A DNA stretch of 46,666 nucleotides from positions 1 through 46,666 of the IMG/VR virus record IMGVR_UViG_2880395615_000009; one strand, given 5' to 3'. Below the pieces are notes generated by a model, which did not search any database, had not been told where the DNA came from, and worked only from the letters and a program-made list of their open reading frames with translations. This DNA is from a virus (taxonomy: Duplodnaviria > Heunggongvirae > Uroviricota > Caudoviricetes). Below, in pieces: positions 32,277 to 41,024 of the stretch (within the stretch, counting starts at the first letter, position 1; each line of letters begins with the position of its first letter). A program made the position numbers and the translations under genes.

Positions 32277-33098
32277 CTATCTGGTCACCTTTTTCAGTTG
32301 TTGTTCTGCCCATGCTTCTTCAATATCAAACTGCACCACCAGCGTATCGTAAAAACGTTTAACTGTTTTTTTCCATGTATCAAGAGATATGGCATCGGTT
32401 ACATTACATATGGCATTAAATGCCTCCGTTGAAGGTAATCTTTCATAGCCACGACCACCACAACGCTGGCAGTCTCTGATAACAGGCATACCACGTTTTA
32501 CCGACTCTTCACGATGAATGGCAACACCGCGCCCACGACAATCTTTACAGGCGGTGGAAACCTCCCCCTTCCCTCCACACTCCGGACAGGCAACTTTTAC
32601 CACCTCCCTGACTTTTTTCCATTCCTCCCAGTAAGACGGATACACGCCTTTTGTGCACTTTGCCCACACTGGCGGCTTACCATCCGGATACTGGATCTTG
32701 TTTGTAAAAACCTCGCTTTCAATAAATTTTTTTCCGTGACAACAGGGGCACTGTTTTTTGCTCGCCGCGCTACGGGCATAATCTTCAAACGCATACGAAG
32801 CCATAATACGCATCACTGCCGGTTTTATTTCTGCCGGGAGTTTTCTTAACGCCGCCACGCGATCACACCGACTGAGTGCATATTCTGTCAGCAATTCTGT
32901 TGCCCGCTCTCTGTCATTCATACTAATGCCCATTTTCCCAAGGAACGCAGAAAACCCCATCTCAGCCCAATTCTGTGTCATGCCCTGCGCGGCCATCACA
33001 TCAGTGATACTCAGCGTATCTTTCGACGTTGAGGCCGATGCATCAGTCAGGCCGGGGGATTTTGGGGAGTAGTATTTCGGTAAATCTTCCAGTTTCAT
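32277..33098 (-). CDS. Q: Late-gene antiterminator Q (QuuQ-like, with DnaJ-type CxxCxGxG zinc-finger repeats)
   Basis: 273 aa with four Cys pairs (CPCCHGKK, CPECGGKG, CKDCRGRG, CQRCGGRG); sits between rusA and the late/lysis region. Confidence 0.7.
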   Translation of the reverse strand: MKLEDLPKYYSPKSPGLTDASASTSKDTLSITDVMAAQGMTQNWAEMGFSAFLGKMGISMNDRERATELLTEYALSRCDRVAALRKLPAEIKPAVMRIMASYAFEDYARSAASKKQCPCCHGKKFIESEVFTNKIQYPDGKPPVWAKCTKGVYPSYWEEWKKVREVVKVACPECGGKGEVSTACKDCRGRGVAIHREESVKRGMPVIRDCQRCGGRGYERLPSTEAFNAICNVTDAISLDTWKKTVKRFYDTLVVQFDIEEAWAEQQLKKVTR

Positions 33099-33469
33099 TT
33101 TTTGACCTGCCCTTCAAGCATTATGGGGTAAATCTTCACCCCCAGACGTCCACCAGATACTGGCTGAGCACGAACGATATTGATTTCATCAAACTGCTCA
33201 TCGTCCATTAGCAACCCCGCATGCGTCAGCGCATCCAGCGGCGCTTTCAGAATATTGTCCAGGTCACGGCGGCGCTTATCCGGTGGCTCGGCAATAATCT
33301 TTATCGCCAGCCTTCCGGACAGGCTTAATTTCAGCCGCTGCTGGCGAACAATAAGCGCCACAGCCCGGCGATAACGCTCACCGGCTTTTGATACAAAATA
33401 TGTGCTGCCACGACGTCGCCAGTAGGTGTTCACCGTCGGCGGGTAAAGCAAAACAAACTCTATACGCAT
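33095..33469 (-). CDS. rusA: Holliday junction resolvase RusA
   Basis: 124 aa; YPPTVNTYW...RRDLDNILKAPLDALTHAGLLMDDEQFDEI matches the RusA family. Confidence 0.9.
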   Translation of the reverse strand: MRIEFVLLYPPTVNTYWRRRGSTYFVSKAGERYRRAVALIVRQQRLKLSLSGRLAIKIIAEPPDKRRRDLDNILKAPLDALTHAGLLMDDEQFDEINIVRAQPVSGGRLGVKIYPIMLEGQVKK

Positions 33470-33481
33470 CAGTAACCTCTT

Positions 33482-34456
33482 TTACCCGAGCACGCCGGTT
33501 GCAAAGGCGTGATCAAGAAAACGAAAAATTAAATCAACCTGGGAACCATGCTTTTCTTCGAACGCCAGCGGATCCGCATGAAGCTCGTTGTGATGCTCCC
33601 GACACAGCGGTAGCGTGAAAATATCGTGGGATTTTGTTCCCATTCCGCCCTGACCATGACCAATCAGATGATGAGGATCGTCCGCTGGCTTACCACAACA
33701 CGCACACGGCTGTGTCTTTACCCAGCGTGTGTATTTCTCATTTACCCAGCGGCGACGTTTAGGTCGTTTCATGAAGGATTCCGGAGACTCCGGATCAACG
33801 GCAATGCTTACCACCGTCTTTTCCTGTGGCGGGTTTTGCTGGTGGGCGTGAGGCAGCGGCGCAAGATTTTTTGTGCGCTGTTTCAGGATGCTGGTGGCTG
33901 TCTGTTCTCCCGGTATGATGTCGCTTTCGCGGTACACCGAGCGGATTTTTTCCGCACGTAACCCCAGAGAACGACGTAATGCTGCCTCTGGTAGCGCATC
34001 CGCCACCTGATTGCAGACCGCCCACCAGGATAATTCACCCAGAGATAATTCCCGCTCCTGCGTGCCATTCATTGCATGGCGTATGACGTCAATCATCCAT
34101 GCTGACAAATTTTGGTGAGCAAGTTGCCCGAGTGATTCGGAGGTCTGGTCACGCAACTGGTTGTCGCAGTGCCAGCACAACACCATTGCGCCGGTACCAT
34201 AACGGTGAATGACAGTTTCGCTGTGGTGATAATCGCCGTGTGGCCACTGGCAGGATTTAATATGGCGCAACAGCCAGTCAGACAATGCACCAGCACCACC
34301 AGCAGCACGAATCACTCGTTCGTCGCTGAAAAATGGCAGCAATGTTTTGTCTTCCACCAGCGGCTGGCGAACGGCAGGAACGACCCCGGACGGCAGATTA
34401 CGCATGCTTTTCGGTTCCGGCTCCACCAGTACCCGGGTATTGTGAAATACCTGCAT
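33482..34456 (-). CDS. DUF968-family protein (YdfU-like); start taken at MQVFHN
   Basis: C-terminal CACCGKPADDPHHLIGHGQGGMGTKSHD and HNH-like region resemble Qin YdfU; the ORF is open a further 24 codons upstream. Confidence 0.7.
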   Translation of the reverse strand: MQVFHNTRVLVEPEPKSMRNLPSGVVPAVRQPLVEDKTLLPFFSDERVIRAAGGAGALSDWLLRHIKSCQWPHGDYHHSETVIHRYGTGAMVLCWHCDNQLRDQTSESLGQLAHQNLSAWMIDVIRHAMNGTQERELSLGELSWWAVCNQVADALPEAALRRSLGLRAEKIRSVYRESDIIPGEQTATSILKQRTKNLAPLPHAHQQNPPQEKTVVSIAVDPESPESFMKRPKRRRWVNEKYTRWVKTQPCACCGKPADDPHHLIGHGQGGMGTKSHDIFTLPLCREHHNELHADPLAFEEKHGSQVDLIFRFLDHAFATGVLG

Positions 34457-34529
34457 GGATTCACGACCTGGCTTAAGGGCCACCAGCCCGAGTTCCGGTA
34501 CCAGAACAGGTCGAAGTAATACCCGCACG

Positions 34530-34808
34530 TTACCTCCAGATCCGTTGCTGGAATGTGCGGGACGGACGCGGTGGGCGTTCGGAGTAAGGAAGCCTGACGG
34601 AGATTATCCAGTGACGGTAGTCGAGGCTGAGGGCTTTCTTAATCTCGTATCCGCGCCTGCGGTAACACTGAATCAGCCATTCAGCCTGTTCTTCGGTGCA
34701 GGGGTCGTGCTGATACCAGTCAGATTTGAATGCATGAGAACGCCGCCCGTGCCTGCTGGCAGGGGCGGCAGAGTTATCCGAATTGTAAAATTTGGTATCG
34801 TGCGCCAT
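34530..34808 (-). CDS. Hypothetical protein (Rem-position small protein)
   Basis: ORF between the DUF968 gene and hokD, the position occupied by rem in Qin; start uncertain. Confidence 0.4.
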   Translation of the reverse strand: MAHDTKFYNSDNSAAPASRHGRRSHAFKSDWYQHDPCTEEQAEWLIQCYRRRGYEIKKALSLDYRHWIISVRLPYSERPPRPSRTFQQRIWR

Positions 34809-34975
34809 CTGTTTTCTCTGCTGGCGCAGCAGGTGCCAGTTGTTCAGGCTGACGGATGGATTGTAAACCAGAACGACCAGAAAAAACAAAACCCGCCGAA
34901 GCGGGTTAAGTGCGGGTGCGTTGAGGATGCCTGACACATCAGCGGTGGCGAGGGATTTCTCCCCCGCCTGGTCTC

Positions 34976-35131
34976 TTACTCCTCAGGTTCGTAAGCTGTG
35001 AAGACAGCGACCTCCGTCTGGCCGGTTCGGATTCGTACCTCGCAGAGGTCTTTCCTCGTTACCAGTGCCGTCACTATGACGGTTAAACAGATGACGATCA
35101 GGGCGATTAACATCGCCTTTTGCTGCTTCAT
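34976..35131 (-). CDS. hokD: Hok/Gef-family type I toxin HokD (RelF)
   Basis: MKQQKAMLIALIVICLTVIVTALVTRKDLCEVRIRTGQTEVAVFTAYEPEE matches HokD/RelF as remembered; the listed ORF has an in-frame 19-codon upstream extension. Confidence 0.85.
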   Translation of the reverse strand: MKQQKAMLIALIVICLTVIVTALVTRKDLCEVRIRTGQTEVAVFTAYEPEE

Positions 35132-35597
35132 AGCCTGCTTCTCCTTGCCTTTCGGCACGTAAGAGGCTAACCTACATTTGTGAGACATAGATTGGGCCTC
35201 AGATTAATGTTAAGCGTCTTGCAGGACGCGTAATGTTAACTGGGGCTTTTCTCTATCTGCCTTTTGGTGTTCATGCCTGAGGCAGATAGCCTCAAGCACC
35301 CGCAGCAATTCTACTTAACTCTCGCTTTACCGCAAACCGTTTTTACCCGATATGGGAATTCCCATATCGTAATGAATTCAGTTCCCTAGTCGATCCATCA
35401 AAAACACAACCAGGCAGTAAACGCCCACAACAGCAACAACAGCCAGCGCACCTTCCATTGCCAGTGATATATCATCCGACATATTCCCTCCTTTGGTGTT
35501 AATCCCGGCGAACGTTTTTACCCCCACCGACAAATAACATATACTAAAAAAGCGATAGCCATAGCAACGCCTGTAATTGCAAATGCTTCAGGCCAGT

Positions 35598-36467
35598 TCA
35601 TTGGCGCACCTCCTGCGGCGGTTCTGGTAGAGGCATCCAGTGTGATGGTATCCACGACGCACCAGGTATTATCCACCCATCATTAGCGTCAGGATGCCCC
35701 GGGATGTAAGTCGCCCATTTCATTCGCCAGTCACCTTTCCTGCCAAAATCCCTGGCAACAAGAACGGCTGTTTTGGTATCCGGCATTCGCTCACTACAGC
35801 TTATCCAACTATCCGGAGTTACCGGATAGTTGCCCGATAGTGCATTCTGCTCCAGTGATGCTTTTACAAACCACGCTGCCTGAACTATAACGCCATGAAT
35901 CCAGCGCAAATCAGCATCGCGATCTTTCTTTTTCATCTTTTCGCCACTTAAGGCCTTGCTTATGTGGCTGCGTACCAGGTCTTCATGTAATTCCTTCGCC
36001 TCCTCAATGGTGAAACCACCAGGCAGAAGAGCCGGAGTTACCGGAGAGCTGGTTGACGCTTCCGGGATTTTCCGAAAATTATTGGTTGACGAATCTTTAT
36101 TTTCCCGAAAGTTTCCGGACTGAAGCATGGCTTCGCGGCAATCGTTCCAGCCTGTAGCGTATGCAGTCGCTTTGCTGCTGCCTTCAACTGGCGCATCCTG
36201 CCAATACATTTCTTCCGGCACTATCGGCGCTGGAGGGGCGGCAAATAGATATCCGCCAAAGTCAGGAAGCTCTCTAATGGCCTGTACGAATTTTTGTTTG
36301 CCTACGTCAACCCCTAATGGGTAATGAGCTATAATCTTTGCCACCGGCTCTGCTTCCAGCGATGCCAGCGCAATCCGTGCCAGTTCCATTTGTTCACCAC
36401 GGGTAAGCCCGTTTTCAAGCGGATTTTTAATGAACAATTCAATACGTTCTTTGGTAATAGTGGTCAT
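35598..36467 (-). CDS. DUF551-domain protein
   Basis: C-terminal segment ...DSWISCSERMPDTKTAVLV...GWIIPG...WMPLPEPP resembles DUF551 proteins of lambdoid nin regions. Confidence 0.55.
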   Translation of the reverse strand: MTTITKERIELFIKNPLENGLTRGEQMELARIALASLEAEPVAKIIAHYPLGVDVGKQKFVQAIRELPDFGGYLFAAPPAPIVPEEMYWQDAPVEGSSKATAYATGWNDCREAMLQSGNFRENKDSSTNNFRKIPEASTSSPVTPALLPGGFTIEEAKELHEDLVRSHISKALSGEKMKKKDRDADLRWIHGVIVQAAWFVKASLEQNALSGNYPVTPDSWISCSERMPDTKTAVLVARDFGRKGDWRMKWATYIPGHPDANDGWIIPGASWIPSHWMPLPEPPQEVRQ

Positions 36468-36477
36468 GTGTTACTCC

Positions 36478-36741
36478 TTAACCCGCAGTGCTTTCAACTG
36501 ATGAGGGGAACAAAATCTTTTCATCAAACCCTGCATTCATATCATGAACAGCAACACACCAATCCATCGACGAACGATTATCAAGAGCCTCCATGATTTC
36601 ATCCATGCGGCGTAGGTCATACAGGTAAATGCTTTTATCGCCAATGGTGTAAAAGCCAATTTTTTTCGGTGATGGACAGCGATCAAGAACTTCCTGTAAT
36701 TCGTTCAACCATGCCCGTTCTTTTTTTGTCAAAGTTGCCAT
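36478..36741 (-). CDS. Hypothetical protein (start taken at MATLTKK)
   Basis: ORF with an internal Met that abuts the upstream gene. Confidence 0.45.
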   Translation of the reverse strand: MATLTKKERAWLNELQEVLDRCPSPKKIGFYTIGDKSIYLYDLRRMDEIMEALDNRSSMDWCVAVHDMNAGFDEKILFPSSVESTAG

Positions 36742-36742
36742 A

Positions 36743-36961
36743 TCAGTTTTCCTTATACGGATTAATTTTATTGTGCAGTGTGTTGAATGACGCCCATACC
36801 ACGTCGTTATACAATTCAATAACTGGCTCAATTATTTTTCCGATTATCCAGGCTAGGATTAACGGGGATATCGGTATCATCAACACGATAAACAGAATGA
36901 GAAACAGAAATTCTGTTGTTCTACTCTTTCGCGGATATTTTTTTCTAAATAATGTGACCAT
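36743..36961 (-). CDS. Hypothetical small membrane protein
   Basis: 72 aa with a hydrophobic core FLFLILFIVLMIPISPLILAWIIGKII. Confidence 0.4.
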   Translation of the reverse strand: MVTLFRKKYPRKSRTTEFLFLILFIVLMIPISPLILAWIIGKIIEPVIELYNDVVWASFNTLHNKINPYKEN

Positions 36962-36993
36962 TCATTACCGCCCTTTCGGGCGGCCTCCTGACA

Positions 36994-37206
36994 TTAATCG
37001 TTGTGATAACTCATAGCTTCATTTGCAGCATCAACTGGATCAACCTCCCTCCAGCAATAATTTGGGTCGGCTCCTTCAGGCGTCCACGGTTCTAATTCAT
37101 TTTTTGCCGCATTCTCATCGCCAGTAATTTTAAAAATCTGCTCAGAGAATTTTCTTGCCCACTCGTTATATTTTTCCGCATTAATGGCTTTCTGTGTATT
37201 TAACAT
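36994..37206 (-). CDS. Hypothetical protein
   Basis: 70 aa ORF with a Shine-Dalgarno-like sequence (ggaggtatat) upstream. Confidence 0.45.
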   Translation of the reverse strand: MLNTQKAINAEKYNEWARKFSEQIFKITGDENAAKNELEPWTPEGADPNYCWREVDPVDAANEAMSYHND

Positions 37207-37256
37207 AAATATACCTCCAGTTAAGGATTAGATTTTATTTACAGCGCTAAATTTAT

Positions 37257-37575
37257 TTATTCAGTTCTGGATTTTGTCGCCCTGCGTATCCGCGCTTTCG
37301 CGTTACGCTCAATCTGAATTAACTTTTCTATATTTTTCCGCCTTTCCTGTTCCTCCTGGCGCAATAGCCTTACATCATCTGCCAGTCTGGTTTCTCTTTT
37401 CGCCACAGAGAGCATCCAGTCAAACGGCTCCACAACTGCACCGCAGATTTTACAGCGGACCTGACGCTCTTTTTCGTCAACCCGAACAGAGGCGTGATGG
37501 CAATATGGTCTTTCCGATGGCTCATAAAGAAAATTAACCTGATTACGAGGGTTGGATTTGCCCCTATATTTCCAT
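37257..37575 (-). pseudogene. Zinc-ribbon protein gene with an apparent 1-bp frameshift immediately after the start codon
   Basis: Strong RBS aaaggagaggagc then ATG GAA ATA TAG; the adjacent frame encodes (K)YRGKSNPRNQVNFLYEPSERPYCHHASVRVDEKERQVRCKICGAVVEPFDWMLSVAKRETRLADDVRLLRQEEQERRKNIEKLIQIERNAKARIRRATKSRTE. Confidence 0.4.
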
Positions 37576-37632
37576 GCTCCTCTCCTTTGATGCGAATGCC
37601 AGCGGTAATTGAAGCCTGATAGCTAATTTCAC

Positions 37633-38058
37633 TCACAGTACCGCCTCCTGAAAATTACCCTGATAGAAAGCCAGTACACGCTGCATAGCTTCACTCTTCC
37701 GGCACTCGCGACAGATTATGTTTAGGCGCCTGTCGTAGCGGCGTATTTCGCCGTCTGGTAACGACCAGATAAGGTCCGGATCAACCACAGATGTTTTTTT
37801 CTTCAGCTTTGCCCTTGAGAGTTTTTTGCGGGCGTTTTGCCAGTCCTTACGAGCCTGTTCAGACGGGAATAACCCGTAACCAGAGTTGTATACATCGCCA
37901 CTGGCAACCAGCTCTCTGGCGAGAACGCTCATCAGATATCTTGTCGCACCTGTTTTCGCTTCCAGTTGTCGTAACGTCTCACGCCCACTCTGGCGCACGA
38001 GTTCAACAACTTGCCTCTTAATTTTTTCCCGCTCTTCTTGTGTAAATACTTTTGCCAC
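37633..38058 (-). CDS. Hypothetical protein downstream of the replication initiator
   Basis: 141 aa basic protein with CxxC; no recognised family. Confidence 0.5.
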   Translation of the reverse strand: MAKVFTQEEREKIKRQVVELVRQSGRETLRQLEAKTGATRYLMSVLARELVASGDVYNSGYGLFPSEQARKDWQNARKKLSRAKLKKKTSVVDPDLIWSLPDGEIRRYDRRLNIICRECRKSEAMQRVLAFYQGNFQEAVL

Positions 38059-38098
38059 AAGTCCTCCTGAAAATTACCTCATGACCAGAAATCAACAC

Positions 38099-39064
38099 TT
38101 ACCCCCTGAAGCCCGGCGGAATTTCGGTATCCGGCTCAGAAATATGATTCACACAACGCTGTACAGACGAACGCCCCAGGCGGATAACCAGTTCATCCCA
38201 TTTTTCGCGAAGCTTTGACGGACTCATGATATTTTTTACCCAGAATGGATCCCGCTGCACCCGACCAAACATTTCACAAATTTGTCTGTGAGTTCTGCCA
38301 TCCAGCATCCGCATTGTGCGCACGTCGTTGGCCCATGCGGTCCAGTTGGGTTCTTTCGGTCGCGAAATCTCGCCATCATCGCTGGCGGCCTGCTCGTAAA
38401 GACTCACGATTCGCCCCCAGATCCACTGCGCACACGCCAAATCGTCCTGGCTGCCCCACTGGCGTTTTTTTGCACTGAACACAACCGCGTCAGGATGTCG
38501 GGTTAAAAAATCCTGTTCAGCCGTCTGCATGTCCGGTTGCGAAGCTTCCGGACGAGAAGTGTTTTTATTCTCTGTAGTAATCTCTGTTGTATTCTCTGTA
38601 AGATCATCGGGCCATTTTGACCCGATGACATTGGGTCGTTTTGAACCAATGGAGCGTGTCATTTTGGTCTCTTCCATCGTGTCATTTTGACCTGATGGAG
38701 CGGCGCATTTTGACCTGATGGATTCGCTCACTTTGCCACCATCTAAAAGCTCGCTCTCGTAATTAATCGTGTAAAAATTAGTCATATCACGCTTTGATTT
38801 GTTGAGCTTTTCGCAACGCAAAAGCCCCAGCGTTTTCAGACTTGCAAATGCGCGTTTTAACGTTGACTCTGACCAGAACGGGAACTGTTCCAGCCATTGT
38901 TCTGTTGTGTTATAAATCCAGCGAACACCATCACATTCCATGCCGGAACCGGTATCTCTCAACCAGTAATGCAGCTGCTGCAACACGATGGCTTCGTTCA
39001 GACCAATTTTCATCGCCAGCTGCGTGTTTATAACCAGCGGGCGTTCAGCAAAAAGGAGCTTCAT
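38099..39064 (-). CDS. Replication initiator protein (lambda O-like; iteron-binding N-terminal domain)
   Basis: Gene contains five iterons internally, as lambda O contains ori; N-terminal domain is HTH-like; position downstream of cro/cII-like genes. Confidence 0.6.
   Translation of the reverse strand: MKLLFAERPLVINTQLAMKIGLNEAIVLQQLHYWLRDTGSGMECDGVRWIYNTTEQWLEQFPFWSESTLKRAFASLKTLGLLRCEKLNKSKRDMTNFYTINYESELLDGGKVSESIRSKCAAPSGQNDTMEETKMTRSIGSKRPNVIGSKWPDDLTENTTEITTENKNTSRPEASQPDMQTAEQDFLTRHPDAVVFSAKKRQWGSQDDLACAQWIWGRIVSLYEQAASDDGEISRPKEPNWTAWANDVRTMRMLDGRTHRQICEMFGRVQRDPFWVKNIMSPSKLREKWDELVIRLGRSSVQRCVNHISEPDTEIPPGFRG
38550..38722. repeat. Origin of replication: five approximately 22-bp iterons (CATTTTGACCYGATG-like) plus an adjacent AT-rich tctctgt repeat tract
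   Basis: Iterons gccattttgacccgatg, tcgttttgaaccaatgg, gtcattttggtctcttcc, gtcattttgacctgatgg, gcattttgacctgatgg read in sequence; flanking attctctgtagtaatctctgttgtattctctgtaag. Confidence 0.6.
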
Positions 39065-39088
39065 CCCCTCCCCCCCCAGAACACGTTA

Positions 39089-39514
39089 TCAATGCACCAC
39101 CACGGCATTTCCCGCCGGACCACCACGATTCATCTGATTGAAACCAGCGATCGCCACTGCGACAAAATCATCAGCGTCTCTCACCAGCCGTTCCCGCGTC
39201 TCCACCAGCTCCCGAAAATAGGCTGAACTGTGGCTGCGCATTCGGGCCACCAGCAGAGGTGGCATTGCTTTTTCGATCGCTGGTAACAACGCCTGAATTT
39301 TTTTAACCGCATCAGGGGTGTCTTTCTCCACCCAGCGGAATATTTTCTGAGTATTGCGAGCCAGGGCTTCCGGATGGCTGTCGTCATACAGTTCCGGGAA
39401 CGTCATTCCCAGTTCGAAATACGCTTTGGTAATCTTCGCAGTCGGTACTTTTTCGCCGTCCGGATGCGCCCAGGCATTCATCGCCATGCGGATGTGCTCA
39501 TGCTTGATTTTCAT
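39089..39514 (-). CDS. YdaT-family protein (CII-position regulator)
   Basis: Begins MKIKHEHI and ends VVVH, like Rac YdaT as remembered; located between the cro-like and replication genes. Confidence 0.6.
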   Translation of the reverse strand: MKIKHEHIRMAMNAWAHPDGEKVPTAKITKAYFELGMTFPELYDDSHPEALARNTQKIFRWVEKDTPDAVKKIQALLPAIEKAMPPLLVARMRSHSSAYFRELVETRERLVRDADDFVAVAIAGFNQMNRGGPAGNAVVVH

Positions 39515-39726
39515 GAATCATTCTTTCCTTCGTTCGAGGTGCTATCCTGCCTCTTGTAAAGCTCTGGGTTGTATTTCAATTCACCGTTAGTAATTTCATC
39601 CAGCTCCATTGCGCGAAGTTTGGGAATAACAGCTTTCCACCGCACAACAGCCACATGTGAAATCCCAAGAGCCTCAGCTACTAGTCGCTTTTTTTTGAAA
39701 TGGCGCAGAACATCATCTTTGAACAT
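39511..39726 (-). CDS. Cro-like HTH repressor (YdaS/Cro family)
   Basis: 71 aa; HTH segment RLVAEALGISHVAVVRW; divergent from cI across an operator region; strong SD AGGAGAG. Confidence 0.65.
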   Translation of the reverse strand: MFKDDVLRHFKKKRLVAEALGISHVAVVRWKAVIPKLRAMELDEITNGELKYNPELYKRQDSTSNEGKNDS

Positions 39727-39817
39727 AAAACTCTCCTGTTATTTCGAACATGAGGGTAACAATAGTTACATTGTAATGTCAACCATAGTGACATTGCTTG
39801 GTAGTAACATTGATTAC
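39727..39817. promoter_or_regulatory. Immunity-region operators (OR-like) and divergent pR/pRM promoters
   Basis: Palindromic GTAACAATAGTTAC (39756..39769) and related GTAAC/GTTAC half-sites between the divergent cro-like and cI genes. Confidence 0.6.
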
Positions 39818-40492
39818 ATGAAAAACACTATCAGCGAACGTATTCGGAATCGTCGAAAAGACGTTGGACTAACCCAAGAGCAGGTTGCAAAAGCAATCGG
39901 CATAACTCGTGTATCCGTAACAAAATGGGAAAATGGCTCTTCAAAACCTGACGGTGAGAATTTGCATCTGCTGTCAAAATTGCTTTCAAAATCTCCTGAA
40001 TGGATTCTTTATGGAAAGGACGATCACGATAAAATCGATGTTCTGCGTCTGAATCAGCACCTTTACATTAGTGACAACATCGCCCGGTTGCCCGTTTTAA
40101 CGTGGGAACAGGCTGGTTATTGGGATATGAGTTGCCCAGTAACCGAGATTCCTGGTATTAAGAATTGGGTTGATGTCATGACAAAAACCGCTGAAAACTC
40201 TTTTTTATTGCACGTTGAGGGAGATTCGATGACGAACTCTAACGGCCTCCCAACAATCCCAGACGGATCTACCGTGCTGATCACACCATGCTCAAGTAAC
40301 ATTAGAGAACTGGTGGGAAAAATAATCTTAATCCAATTGGAAGGTACGCCAAACGTAACACTAAAAAAAGTTGCGATTGACGGACCAAACATCTATCTGT
40401 TGTCACTGAATCCGCTTTACAAACCCATTGAACTGAATGTCGGTTACACTATTAAAGGTAAAGTTTCACAAATACATCAATACTTAGACTAA
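39818..40492 (+). CDS. cI: CI-type repressor with LexA-like S24 autopeptidase domain
   Basis: N-terminal HTH (GLTQEQVAKAIGITRVSVTKWENG); C-terminal GDSM ... TLKKV Ser/Lys dyad motifs; apparently leaderless start as for lambda cI from pRM. Confidence 0.85.
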   Translation: MKNTISERIRNRRKDVGLTQEQVAKAIGITRVSVTKWENGSSKPDGENLHLLSKLLSKSPEWILYGKDDHDKIDVLRLNQHLYISDNIARLPVLTWEQAGYWDMSCPVTEIPGIKNWVDVMTKTAENSFLLHVEGDSMTNSNGLPTIPDGSTVLITPCSSNIRELVGKIILIQLEGTPNVTLKKVAIDGPNIYLLSLNPLYKPIELNVGYTIKGKVSQIHQYLD

Positions 40493-40496
40493 GTCA

Positions 40497-40523
40497 GAAC
40501 CCGCATTCATTGCGGGTTTTTTA
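40497..40523 (+). terminator. Rho-independent terminator after cI
   Basis: AACCCGCAttcatTGCGGGTT hairpin followed by TTTTTT. Confidence 0.6.
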
Positions 40524-40534
40524 CACCCCTGGAT

Positions 40535-40590
40535 GTACCTCTTGTAACATCATGTTGACTTCAATGGTAACTCTTGTTACCTTAACAACA
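40535..40590 (+). promoter_or_regulatory. Putative pL-like promoter with OL-like operators
   Basis: TTGACT -35 element at 40555..40560 flanked by the GGTAACTCTTGTTACC palindrome (same GTAAC-N4-GTTAC type as the OR sites). Confidence 0.5.
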
Positions 40591-40757
40591 TACCCACCCC
40601 GCCCCACAGAACGCCGGGCAATACTTCGAGTTACCAGGCAGTGGTCAGGGGTTAAGTAGCCAGCCCGAGGCGTAAGAACATGACGGCAGGGTTCAACTTT
40701 AACTATGCAGCAGGTTTTTGTTCCGCTACCCCGGCGTTAAGGGGATATGAGGTCAGC

Positions 40758-40910
40758 ATGGATACTCTTGATCTTGGCAACAACGAATCTCTGGTGTGCG
40801 GCGTGTTTCCCAACCAGGACGGCACGTTCACCGCGATGACGTATACCAAAAGCAAAACGTTTAAAACCGAATCTGGCGCGCGTCGCTGGTTAGCAAGAAA
40901 CTCTGACTAA
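40758..40910 (+). CDS. YdfA-like small protein (first gene of the dicB-type operon)
   Basis: 50 aa from the Met preceded by GAGG; resembles Qin YdfA as remembered (weak recall). Confidence 0.45.
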   Translation: MDTLDLGNNESLVCGVFPNQDGTFTAMTYTKSKTFKTESGARRWLARNSD

Positions 40911-40994
40911 TGAAATCTGGTAATTAAGGAATCCTCCACGGGGGGAGAGTGGTGCACACGCGCCGGACACAAGCAAGCATCCGGCATGCTCTTT

Positions 40995-41017
40995 AACAAT
41001 CTGGATATCCATAACAG
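40995..41017. repeat. Left copy of an inverted repeat pair (AATCTGGATATCC core) flanking the gene at 41025..41516
   Basis: aacaatctggatatccataacag; 13-bp perfect match with the reverse complement of 41565..41577 and extended imperfect similarity. Confidence 0.6.
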
Positions 41018-41024
41018 TAAAAAT

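Noticed and set aside
35399-35600. Two very short hydrophobic minus-strand ORFs (about 27 and 32 aa) upstream of hokD as additional type I toxins
   Set aside because: Too short and lacking clear RBS or conserved Hok/Ldr/Ibs motifs to call from sequence alone; mentioned only as context for the hokD finding.
37370-37636. 88-aa minus-strand ORF in frame 0
   Set aside because: Starts at GTG without an RBS and reads non-protein-like; the adjacent frame gives a convincing zinc-ribbon protein behind a strong RBS.
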